64,000 nt of DNA from Octopus sinensis (taxonomy: Eukaryota), in the NCBI RefSeq assembly GCF_006345805.1, contig NC_043010.1, forward strand, positions 63,240,001 to 63,304,000, given 5' to 3'. Of this stretch, positions 35,150-47,045 are shown in pieces (the stretch's first letter is position 1; every line of letters begins with the position of its first letter). The notes below the pieces were generated by a model. That model had not been told where the DNA came from. It saw only the letters and a program-made list of their open reading frames with translations, and did no database searches. The translations under genes were made by a program, and so were the position numbers.

Positions 35150-38024
35150 TTTATTATTATTATTATTATTACTATTATTGACAGGATGGTGAGCTAGCAG
35201 AAAAGTTAGCACATTGGACAAAATACTTGGTTCTGAGTTCAAATTTCTGCCAAGATTAACTTTACCTTTCATCTTTTTAGGGGTCAATAAATTAAGTACC
35301 ATTTGCATACTGGGTCGATCTAATTGATTGGCCCCCTCTCCTGAAATTTATTGAGGTGGCGAGCTGTCAGAATTGTTGGCACACTGGACAAAATACTTGA
35401 AGGCATTCCATCCATTTTTATGTTCTGAGTCCAAATACCCCCAAGGTTGACTTTGCCTTCCATCCTTGCAGGGTCAATAAAATAAATACCAGTTGAACAC
35501 TGGGGTAGATGTAATCGACTTAATCCCTCCCCAGGGAATGGCAGTGGTCATTTTGGGGTTCTTTCACTTGTGCTTAAGACCATGACACTCTCATATTCCT
35601 GATCCTGTGACCCGTATTGGCACTGGGTATCTTGTCCTAGCTTGTCTCTGAATCATGTTAGTAGGATGGAGAGGTAGTGTGAAGTGTGGAGCAAGCCTTT
35701 GTGGACCTAGAATATGAGGTTGTGCGATCACCTCTCACGCTACTATCCAATGCCTAGTGGGGCTGGGGGATGCTGTGGTGGGCATGGGATCTGTGGATGC
35801 AAACCCAGGTGAAGCTGGCTGCCGGTGCAATAACCCCATGCATGAGCACTTCTGGCATTTGCATGGACAATGGTCAGTGATTGCCTTCCTTGGTCAAGTG
35901 TAGACAACCATCACTGTCGTTGTCATCATCGTCATCACCACCACCACCACCACCACCACCATCAACATCATCATCATCACCACCACCACCATTATAGGAA
36001 ACTTGGAGTCACTTCCATTATTTGTGATTATGACCATTAAACTATACCTACATACATACATACATACATACGTACGTACGTACATACATACATACATACA
36101 TATACCCACTATTTTAAATTTGGCAGTGACAGTTAGACTATGCTCTGCTGCTGATGTTCTCATAATAATAGAGTCTGTCAAAGTCCAGGCCACTCGTTAC
36201 TGCTGTTTGCTTTTAATTAATTTGAATTAAAATCTTGGGGTTACCGCCCTTCCCTTTCTAGATCAGAATTAACCATTCTGATAATTTAAAAATACAAAAA
36301 AAAAAGCGACATTAAATATGTTAACGCCCACTCTTCTAATAGCTTTTTTCCCGCAGCAGGGGCCTGTGAGCAGTTTACCTTGGTCATTTGGCTTTAGGAA
36401 GGGCATCTGGCCGTAAAAGCCATGTCAAAACAGAAATGGGAGCTTGGTGCAGCACGCTCGCTTGTCAGATCCTGTCAAGCCGTCCAACCCATGCTAGCAT
36501 AGAAAATGGACTTTAAATGATGATGATGATCATCATCATGATTATCATGATCATTCTATTCATCAAATTTCGAGTATATATCCAAGGTCTCACACAGCAC
36601 AACATAAAAAATGACGTTTCTAACGGCATGTTTCAACACTAGCCATATGCTGTCTCCTCATCTTTTTACTGAAAACATGATATAAATATAGGAATTATAT
36701 GTACAATTATTGTAGTTTCTTTCAGCACAAACATTCACATTAAGCAGCCATCCAAATCTAGTCTACTTTACTATTTTTTTTAAACTGAACAAAATGACAT
36801 GTCAAACTGCATGCTAACCTGTTGTCGACCAATGACATCACCTCCTTGGAAAAGCCTCTTTACGTGGTCATTCGATCTATTGACGATCGCAACAATATTT
36901 CCTTAAATATCACCCTTCTGTCTTAAAACATGAAAGGCACAATGGACAATGTAGTTCTAAATAAATAGAAAGAGTTGTTGGTCACGGTTGGGATGCCTTT
37001 GATAACAGGTTTGCTCAATCATGGCTGACCTCGGGCTAAACAATGACTAGACTGGGTTTTTATAACCTATTTCGAAAATTGATTTAACATTTCTCAACAA
37101 TATATGCAGAAAGCATTTGTCGATACGTTCAACCAATATATATTTATAAGTAATCTTAAGACATTCATTATATAATATGAAGTTAGAGCGGAACTGGCCC
37201 CAGATTAATACAGCTTTAGGCCAACCCCTTATCCCAGCAATAGAATAAGAAACCTTATGATACCCATTTATCCCTTTCATTATAACAACCAGAAAATGTA
37301 GTCGTAAATTTGCAGTCAGGTCAACTGTACAATGTACGCTCGAAAGATTAGTAAACTAGCGAATAAGAAATCTATAGTTTTATGACCTTGTTATGTCACT
37401 AAGAAAATCTGTTACTGGGACAAATTTGAAATATTTTACGCCAGATCAGATGACAGGACATAACACCATACGATTCTTTCGACTGCATCCCTGTATAGTC
37501 ATGTCCTCCATCCTTCTTTGCTCTGGAAATAACATCGGTTGTTTTCTTTATTAAGTTTACGTGTTTATAATAAGACGATGCGATTTTGAGTTATTCGCGA
37601 CGCCCCGATTTTAGCGCCTCGGGTGACCGTCTGATTTACGAAGTGCATAGCGCCGGTCCTGGTTATGAGTTCATTCAAATTTTTCGGTGAAATATTCTGT
37701 TACTAATAATATAACTCACTGCGGACGCAATCCCGTTAAACTAAAGCAATCATGGAGCTTCAGAGTTCGATACTTATCATTCCTTTTTCTCTTATATGAC
37801 AAATCTTAAATAAAGCCCAAGAACGCATCAACAGAATAAAAATATTTAATTAATTCTTGACGAAGGCTGGACAATGAACTAGATTGGGACCTCGGTTTTT
37901 TCTTGAAGTCTGAAAGCATCAAATGTTGAAATCTGCAAATGTCGCGACGTAGAATATCGTCGAAGTCTGAATGAAACTGTCCCGTTCTCTGAAGAAGAGT
38001 TCATTCTTCGGCATACTGACATTC

Positions 38025-38809
38025 TGTTTCTTTATTACAAACAAGGGGCTAAACACACAGAGGGGACAAACAAGGACAGACAAACGGATTAAGTCGATTA
38101 CATCGACCCAGTGCGTAACTGGTACTTAATTTATCGACCCCAAAAGGATGAAAGGCAAAGTCAACCTCGGCGGAATTTGAACTCAGAACGTAACGGTAGA
38201 CGAAATACCTATTTCTTTATTACCCACAAAGGGCTAAACACAGAGGGGGACAAACAAGGACAGACATAGGTATTAAGTCGATTACATCGACCCAGTGCGT
38301 AACTGGTACTTAATTTATCGACCCCAAAAGGATGAAAGGCAAAGTCAACCTCGGCGGAATTTGAACTCAGAACGTAACGGTAGACGAAATACCTATTTCT
38401 TTATTACCCACAAAGGGCTAAACACAGAGGGGGACAAACAAGGACAGACATAGGTATTAAGTCGATTACATCGACCCAGTGCGTAACTGGTACTTAATTT
38501 ATCGACCCCAAAAGGATGAAAGGCAAAGTCGACCTTGGCGGAATTTGAACTCAGAACGTAACGGTAGACGAAATACCTATTTCTTTATTACCCACAAAGG
38601 GCTAAACACAGAGGGGGACAAACAAGGACAGACATAGGTATTAAGTCGATTACATCGACCCCAGTGCGTAACTGGTACTTAATTTATCGACCCCGAAAGG
38701 ATGAAAGGCAAAGTCGACCTCGGCGGAATTTGAACTCACAACGTAACGGTAGACGATTTACCGCTAAGCATTTCGCCCGGTGTGCTAACGATTCTGCCAG
38801 CTCGCCGCC
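38025..38809 (-). mobile_element. SINE family A four-unit concatemer inside a single 18-bp TSD
   Basis: Period about 184 bp (cgaaat at 38201, 38385, 38569; cga at 38754). TSD ttcggcatactgacattc at 38007-38024 and 38810-38827. Only the rightmost (5') unit has the A-box head. Confidence 0.92.
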
Positions 38810-39730
38810 TTCGGCATACTGACATTCGTAATGTCTTACAAAACTTTGTTGACCTGATTTTTGTTTAAACTGACCACCACCAGTCTCCTCGAATAAAAAA
38901 AAATGTTCGACTTTTACATGGAACAATATTTGAAACCGTATTGACCGATGTACGTGTCCCATTAGGATTGACTGGAACTTTGCTCTTCTCTGTGGTTTTG
39001 GGACAGAAATAGTTGGACATCATCTGCTGAGGATGTGAAAAAATGAAGAAAAAAACACACAAAAAAAACAGGATTATCCAAGAGTAAAGACCTCGTTAGA
39101 GAGATTTATTCCTAGACAACACTTGTGACCGCCTTACTTTAATATTTATACTATGGAATTCTCGATGTTTATATTATTCTATGAATATTTCAATCTATGA
39201 ACAGACACACACATACACACGCACACACATAAATACGTACACATACATATTTCCACTCAACTCGTCTGTCATGACAATTATCTCCCTTGGCAAATATTTT
39301 TCTTTCGTTTGAAATTTGAAAACAATGATTTAAAAAACAAGAAACCCATATTAAAAGACTTCACAAGAAATACGAATATCAAATTCATGGATAATATTTC
39401 CAAATGAGACATTTTGGACTGTTCTGTGATCCAAAACAGAAAATCCGGCCGGAACTTCTTACGTCTTGCCACAGTTAACTCCCCTGACTCGATGATGGCT
39501 CTCTTTGCTTTCCATAACTGTTCAGTCTTATTTTCGAGACATTTTGTCACTTGTAGACCAGACAGAGTCGTTGTCGGCGGCCTATCCACCCCCATGTCGG
39601 AGTTGTGAGCTAGAGAGAAAGTACAGCCGGGAACAGAAAGTGTCAAAACCAAAGGCCTGCTCTCCACCCTGAGCATTTACAGTCGACTGGGGGGACGGCT
39701 TGCTGTAAGTACACAGATACATTCATCCGA

Positions 39731-39740
39731 AAGGGTAAGT
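39731..39740 (+). promoter_or_regulatory. Candidate splice donor (possible non-coding first exon of ZNF-B)
   Basis: AAGG|GTAAGT with GT at 39735 and a second GTAAGT about 30 nt upstream, closing a CpG-containing unique segment at about 39400-39730. Confidence 0.35.
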
Positions 39741-40114
39741 GCCCTGACCATTCGTACACACACACACACATTTCTCGATCGCCTACACACAGACACATCA
39801 CCTAACTATACCAAGACACACAGAACCACACACAACAACTACAGAAAGGGAATCGCGGGTGTATTGTACAGTCGTGTACATATGGCTATAGAGAGATAAA
39901 TTCACACAAAATTGGACATATGCCTATGTATATATGTGTGTGTGTGTATATATAATGACATGTATTTATGTATAACTAACATACATATAAGTTAATTAAA
40001 ATCAATAATAAATTAACATATGTGCGTGTAAGCTTGTGTGTATGTGCGTGTGTGTGTGTGTGTAAGCATTTGTACTTATGTCTATCAAAATGTTTTCATA
40101 TATATGTGTGTGTG

Positions 40115-40157
<43 letters not shown>

Positions 40158-40348
40158 TGTGTATGTTTGTATTTGCTAGCTTTATATGAAATTAGTTAAA
40201 AGTTCATGTGTAAAGTGTGATGAAGCGGTTGGCGCGGGGGTAAAAAAAAAAATAAACAAACAAGTGAGTCTGTAGCTGATAACGAATGCATCCATATATA
40301 TGGGTGTGTACGCATATATATGCATATATATATATATATATATGTATG

Positions 40349-40379
<31 letters not shown>

Positions 40380-40965
40380 GAAACTGTCTACATTGTTTGA
40401 CACCGGTCCGACGACAGGTCCAATTACCACCACTATCATCATTATCATAATTAAATGCTCTTTCTTACTGTCTGCTATATTTAAGTCCCTCCATCCATTC
40501 ATACGTCCACCCATACATACACCCGCTGCACTTTGTGTCAGTTCAAACACATCCACCCACTGCTCTGCTCTCTCTCGCCATTTACTGAATTCTTTTGAAA
40601 GTCCGTTCGTCGTTTTTTTAAAAATACAATGGTGTTTGTCTAAAAACTACAAACATATACATCTACGCATACAGAACGCATTCGTGTAGATATGTATTCA
40701 CAATTTAATAAACACATACAAATTCAGTTTAAATACATATACATATATATATGTATGAATGAAAGACAGAGCGGAAGGTAGGACACACGCACACACACAC
40801 ATACACACACACGCTCGCACGCACGCGCATACATACTCACGCACGCGCACACGCTCTCACGCACGCGCATACATTCAGAGAGTGGGAGGGAGGGAGAGAG
40901 AGAAATGGAATGGCCGTCAGTCCATTAGCGGCGATATATCATCAACCTCCACTTCTACCACCACC

Positions 40966-40999
<34 letters not shown>

Positions 41000-42752
41000 C
41001 CGTCACTGGCATGAAGTAGAGGAAGTGGGAGGAACAGTTTGCTCTCCTTCGTGTCCTCTCCCTCCCTCCCCGCCGCCTTAATCGCTATTCTCGTTTATGA
41101 AAGTAGCCACCATCACCGCCATCTCTTTGTCTTTTTTCTTCTTCTTTCAGTCCACCACAAATGCTAATGAATTGACATTTCGTTTTCTGCTTGGGGTTTG
41201 TGTATGTGTCTACGTATATATTTCTGTGTGTGTGTGTTATGAATAGCTATAGCAATGTGTGTATTCATTTAATACACCTTGACAGTCGGTTTTCATCTAC
41301 CCATATCCTGCGATCCGGTTTCAATCCTCAGCTTTGAACAATCCAAATCGCATTTTCCCACCTCTTTTGCAAATTCAACGACCATTTCCCTCCACACTCC
41401 ACATATGTAATGTCTGTATGTGTGTGTAGACACAATGTTGAATGCTTGCAAATAAGTTTTCTCGGTGTGTAGATCAGTGAGTGTAAATATCTCTCACCTT
41501 TATGTGGAGGTCGGGGCTGGGGCCTCTGGAGTTCGTTGACGCAGCCCCGTCCCGGTCCTTCCCACCCGACCAATTAAACCTTGGATAAAATCTGAACATG
41601 GTTTTGTTTATCGTTTCCTTGTTTCACTCATTAGGCTGGGGCACTACCTCGAAGAATGTTTCGTCGGACAAATCGGTTCCAGTACTTTTTTTTCTCTCTA
41701 AAGCCCAGTACTTATTCTGTTAATCCTATTTGCCGAACCGCTAGCAGACGGGGACGTAAACACACCAACACCGGTTGTCATGCTGTGGTGGGGGACAAAC
41801 ACTGACATAAAGACAAACACAAACACACATATATCTGTCAATCTATCAATGAATAAATATATATATATATATATATTAATCAGCCGAAATTGCGAGGATG
41901 ATCCGGTTCTTGACTGAAGATTAAAGGCTTCGAATGACCCATCCGTGTTTTTTGTATCGTCTATCTGGATGTTTTGTTGTCCCGTTTTGTATCACCTAAC
42001 TGTCCGGATGTTTTGCGTTCTTGTCCCATTTTGTATATATATATATATAAACACACACACACACACATGACGAGCTTCTTTCAGTTTCCGTCTACCAAAT
42101 CCACTCACGAGGTTCTGGTCGGCCTAAGGCTATAGTGGAAGATACTTCTACTATACTTGCTCAAGGTGTCACGCAGCGGCACTGAACTCGGAGTACGATT
42201 ACTTTGCTGGGTTCTGTGCATGTCTTTATGTTAGTTTTCTGGTGGTTGTGGTGGTGTAGTCCCAACCCAACTCTGATAAGAAAACACTTAATCAAAGGCC
42301 GTGCCCCTCCAGTCTTTTGACAGTCTCAGTATGTTTATCGCCTTTTTTTATTTTCCCAAGTTGACCCGGCGTAATTTCAGAGATTTGCCTGCTATTTCTC
42401 GCAGATAGAGCCACCACGTAGTGACACCCTTGTTGTCCCACCTAGAATTTTTGAAGTTATTCACGTATGTTGCAGTTAAACCCCCAGACGCCTGGCCTTC
42501 CAGCCGTAACCATCCCCAACGATTTCTCTTGTATATTTTCTCTTTTTAAGATGTAAGGGTTTTAATACGAAGAAAATTTGGCTACTATTTTGGAAGACCG
42601 ACCCCCTACATAGGTCTCCCTCGCTGGCTTGATGTTTGTATTTACAGATTAACTTTTAGAGTGTTTGTTTAACTTTTGAAATTGTTGTTTTCTTAATCTT
42701 TTCTGCCTTCTTGTATCACTTGCAGTGAATATGTAGTTGTATGATGGATGGC

Positions 42753-43057
42753 CAGTGGCGGACTGGCTAGGTTGCCAGCTTAGCCGATGATAGCAAGTGG
42801 GCCCCTGCGCCATTAGAATCCACATATGAGGCGGGTGGGGGTCCATGTTAGTATCTAAGGGGCCCATCCCCTCAAGTTTGGGAATTTTTTATTCACTCCT
42901 GGAAGGATGCATTATTTTAGCCTGGCTATGTTTGTAGACAGTTGAAAAGAATATTTTTAACCAAAAAAAAAAAAAATTAAGCGATAGCATTTGTAGTTGC
43001 GGGTGGGACCCTTTTAGTATCTTGGCAACCAATATTTTTAGACCCAGTCCGCCACTG
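42753..43057. mobile_element. hAT-like MITE (305 bp)
   Basis: Perfect 14-bp TIRs cagtggcggactgg / ccagtccgccactg; flanks tggatggc and tggatgca look like a decayed 8-bp TSD. Confidence 0.75.
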
Positions 43058-43281
43058 TGGATGCATGTTTCTTTTCATTGCCAACGATTCATTCATCTCT
43101 CTCTCACACACACGGCTGTGTAGTTTAGTTTCCGTTCTCTCTGGTAATACACACACACGCACATCATGCGTGTGTGTGTAATGTGCATGCGTCTATTTAT
43201 GTGTATGCGTGTGTATATGTATATACTTAATGTGTATCTCTTTGTGTCAACTGCATACTCGTGTAAATGCTTGTATGGGTA

Positions 43282-43475
43282 CTACTTGAGAACAGCGGGT
43301 CCTGGTGCGCGCACTCGCGTAGTCGCGCTAGCTAGTCATGACTAGTCGATCCTACGACTACCTAGCAAAGTAAATAAAACACAAAAACGCAGAGTAAGGA
43401 ACGACTAGTCACGACTAGCTAGCGCGGATGCGCGAGTACGCAAGTGCGCGCACCGGGACCACTGTTCTCTAGTAG
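43282..43475. mobile_element. CpG-rich fold-back MITE with TA TSD (Tc1/mariner-like)
   Basis: TA|CTACTTGAGAACAG...CTGTTCTCTAGTAG|TA; imperfect arms of about 70 bp with many intact CGCG and CTAG sites; no ORF. Confidence 0.7.
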
Positions 43476-46400
43476 TACCGCTCTATGTATGTGTGTGTGT
43501 GTGTGTGTGTACCAATTAAACAACTATGTCGTCTGTGTGTGTGTGTGGTGCATGTATCGATGATGATGATGGTTTTATTCAGGTGTTCCCCTGCTTTCCC
43601 CCCTCTTAAACAGTCTGTAATAAGGAGACATCTATTAACTGTCCCCTTCTTTCACTCTGCTCTGTCCTTCGCCCCTGTCGCTTAACCACTCTCTCACCGC
43701 GCCACTGACCAGCCTTTGTCCGTCCTCTTCCAGTCAACTGACCTCTTGTAACTGTCTAAACAAGAACCGGCTAATGCCACGATGGAGCCTCAACCCAGCT
43801 ACTCGATCTGCTAGAAATAGCAGTCCCAACTCCCTCCAAATTGCCGTCTTCAAAAAGGATACATTGGATGATGGGAGCCTTGGTTCCCTGCATATAGGAA
43901 AAAGCAGGGATGATGACGGCTGGAATACTTTTGATCCGAGGTCTGATGGATCGAAGCTGACCGAAGCATCATCACTCATGACACCTACGAGACAGTGAAA
44001 GAGCTTCTATGTGGCCACTCAACCTGCTAGAAATAGTAACCAATTCTCTTTCAAGTCATACCCTATCTCCTTAAAGAAATGGAAGTGCACATTGGATAAT
44101 GTAGTCATAAATATGCAAACTGACTGGATGGTCACTGCTAGAATGTCATTTGACCAGGACAGACCTAAATAATAGCATCCCACCTAAACTTACTCCACAA
44201 TCGTCTTCAACCGCTTCTTCAATTAGTGAAGGTGGTTAATTGTATGTCTAATGACTGAGAGTACCTACTCGTGGACTCCATCCACTTGAAAAATGACAGT
44301 CAAGTCAGAGCCATCTTAATGTAGTAATGGGGAGTTCATTTATTAAATTTGTTTGTTTTTATGTCTGTTTTTCTATCCTGGCATGGGTTAGATGAGTACA
44401 TAATATTGAGGTATTGTTTTGCAGCTGGATGCCTTTCCTGTCACTGTCATGCACATATTTTTAAGTAAGGGATTTCTTACTCTTTACTCTTTTACTTGTT
44501 TCAGTCATTTAACTGCAGCCATGCTGGAGCATCACCCTTAGTCGAGCAAATCGACCCTGGGACTTATTCATTGTAAGCCCAGTACTTATTCTATCGGTCT
44601 CTTTTGCCGAACCGCTAAGTGACGGGGACGTAAACACACCAGCATCGGTTGTCAAGCAATGCTAGCGGGACAAACACACACACATACACACATATACATA
44701 TATATACATATATACGACAGGCTTCTTTCAGTTTCTGTCTACCAAATCCACTCACAAGGCATTGGTCGGCCCGGGGCTATAGCAGAAGACACTTGCCCAA
44801 GATGCCACGCAGTGGGACTGAACCCGGAATCATGTGGTTGGTTAGCAAGCTACTTACCACACAGCCACTCCTGCGCCTTAGTTCACATTTCTTTGAAAAC
44901 ATGAAGCTAAAGGACAATTTGTTGATAGAAAATATAAGAAGAAAGGCAGCAAGCTGGCAGAATCATTAGCACACCGGGTGAAATACTGTGCAGTATTTTG
45001 TCTGCCTTTATGTTCTGAGTTCAAATTCCATCGAGGTCAACTTTGCCTTTCATCCTTTCAGGGTTGATAAATTAAGTACTAGTTACGCACTGGGGTCGAT
45101 GTAATCAACTTAATCCGTTTGTCTGTCCTTGTTTGTCCCCTCTATGTTTAGCCCCTTGTGGGTAGTAAAGAAATAAGAAAATATAACAAGACTATCACCA
45201 CCTGTTGCTTGCAGTTTTTTGGAGAAATGTGAAAGTAAACAAATATGCAGATGCACATGCATTCACACATGCGTCCCTTACTTGAACAGCACATGTGGAT
45301 CGTGTGAGCTACCAGCAGTCGTCTCAGAACTGAGCTTTGCTGGCCCACTGCAAGTTTTATGTTCTACTGTGTTGTTGCATTTATATTTGATGTCTCGTGA
45401 AGTTTCCTCGTGAATTTTGTGGACCATTTTCTGTAAAAAGTTTAGCATTAATATCACTTCACTAGAGATCAGAAATTGTATCCAGTTGTCTGCATTGGAA
45501 ACAATTCCTGTTGAACAAAAAGACCTGTCTTCTACAATGTGCCACATAAAAAGCACCGGTGATAGTGTCGCATAAAAAGCAATGGGGCTGGTGCCACATA
45601 AAAAGCAATGGTACTGGTGCCATGTAAAGAGTGCTGGTGTTGTGTAAAAAGCATTGGTGATGGTTCCATGTAAAAACTCTGGTGCTATGTTCTAAGCACT
45701 GCTACTTGTGCCATGCAAAGAGCACTGGTGATGGTACCGTGTAAAAAGCACTCAGTTCACTCTGTAAAGTGGTTGGCACTAGGAAGGGAATCCAGCTGTA
45801 GAAACCAAGCCAAGAAAAACTATGGAACCTAGTGTGGCCCCTGGCCTTACCAGCTCCTGTCGAGTCATCCGGTTTGGAAAACAGACGTTAAATGGTGGTG
45901 GTAGTGGCAGCAGCAGACATCTTCCATTTGGTCAAAAGTCTGTCTCTTACTGATGCAATAAGAACTGCAGGGAAGTTTCCCATTGATGACAACAAGTTTG
46001 GACTGCATGTTTCCCCTTACACTACAGTGGTTTAGCTAATAGCAACAATAACCCTGGGCTGTTATGTGACTGGCCTTTATCAGTGAGTCTCAACCAATTA
46101 TAGAGTTTTATTGTACCAGGGAGTGAGTCTCTGCCAATCAATGGAGTAACTTTTTTTTCTTAGAAGAAGTAATACAAACTAAAGACATGAGAGTTTGTAT
46201 CTTTGCCATCAGTTGTAAAGTAAGACAATAGCAGAGTGTTCCATAGTACTTACTGTAGACTTCTTGTATCAGTGTGATGTTGCAGTGTTCATACTTTTCT
46301 CAACCTCATTTGCATGGTTTCTATTCTAAGTTGGGACCAAAATGGCGATGAGGGCCATACTGAAACTATAGGATATTATACTGTGGGATTATCTAACAGT

Positions 46401-46517
46401 CCTGTCTATATATACTTAGGTCACAGTTTAATTGTCTAACAGCCCAGTGTGTATATATATGTGTGTGTGTGTGTGTGTATCAGTTCAGTGTATATATTTG
46501 GGCCACAATGTGATTAC

Positions 46518-46850
46518 CTAACAGTCCAGTGTGTGGGGGCTGACATGGATATATTGAAGCTTAGATGTCTGGTAACTGAATTGGTAGACACCCGTAAGAC
46601 TATCCACCATCGTTCCAACAACAACCTTAGGCACCTTTTCGAATCCTACATGATAAACATTTGCGGACATGCTTTTAAAATCAAAAAACAACACAGCACC
46701 CCATGACCTCCAGAAACATTTTTCCGCACTCAGAGTTGCTGAAGCATGAAATAAGCTACCCACATCAGTTGTTAGCTGTCGAGACACAACATCCTTCAAA
46801 ACTTCCATGCTTCCTGAAATCCACCAACAGTACACCTGTTGGCATATTCT
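46518..46850 (+). mobile_element. CR1-clade LINE 3' end
   Basis: Translates to LKLRCLVTELVDTRKTIHH..HLFE...CGHAFKI and HFSALRVAEA*NKLPTSVVSC..TSFK, matching the CR1 C-terminal pattern RGDLI..YKI..RGH..KL..FFS.RVV..WN.LP..VV. Confidence 0.75.
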
Positions 46851-46985
46851 TTTAAACCTGAGCACTGTATACAACAATTTCCTTCATTACATATCATTAT
46901 ATATACATACATATATATACATTAATAGTAATGCTAAGACAACAAAAGAATGAAAGAGACCTCGATATTATGTTTTAATTGCTTC

Positions 46986-47045
46986 AATAACTGAAGAGGT
47001 GCCGATACTGGTTTCTGCCCGACATCTGAAACTCGGAGTTTTATT
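46986..47045 (+). ncRNA. Minimal type I hammerhead-like motif (family 5)
   Basis: AATAA-CTGAAGA-GGTG..CATC-T-GAAA-CTC-G-GAG-TT-TTATT: stem I AATAA/TTATT, stem II with one G-U pair, quasi-palindromic stem III ACTCGGAGT, GUU triplet. Confidence 0.6.

Noticed and set aside
37990-38024. CTGAAGAAGAGTTCATTCTTC as a hammerhead
   Set aside because: No GAAA or stem III follows, even after joining across the TSD.
38180-38215. SINE A segment cagacgaaatac (ctgatgaaatac at about 60631) as a hammerhead, which would make the concatemer a retrozyme
   Set aside because: There is no stem II between the CUGANGA-like stretch and GAAA, and no stem I or III; it is the reverse strand of the tRNA-like head.
41880-42030. 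Fragment inside SINE B with CTGAAGA..cttcGAAT, flanked by (TA)n
   Set aside because: GAAA and stems I and III cannot be built; it may be a decayed pLTR but this is unsupported.
45540-45760. Degenerate repeats of about 25-30 bp (gtgccacataaaaagca) as a regulatory array
   Set aside because: This is the variable tandem segment found inside family C elements elsewhere in the window.
45920-46400. Possible LINE endonuclease remnant on the minus strand
   Set aside because: Only a weak LIQE-like motif; too degenerate to support.
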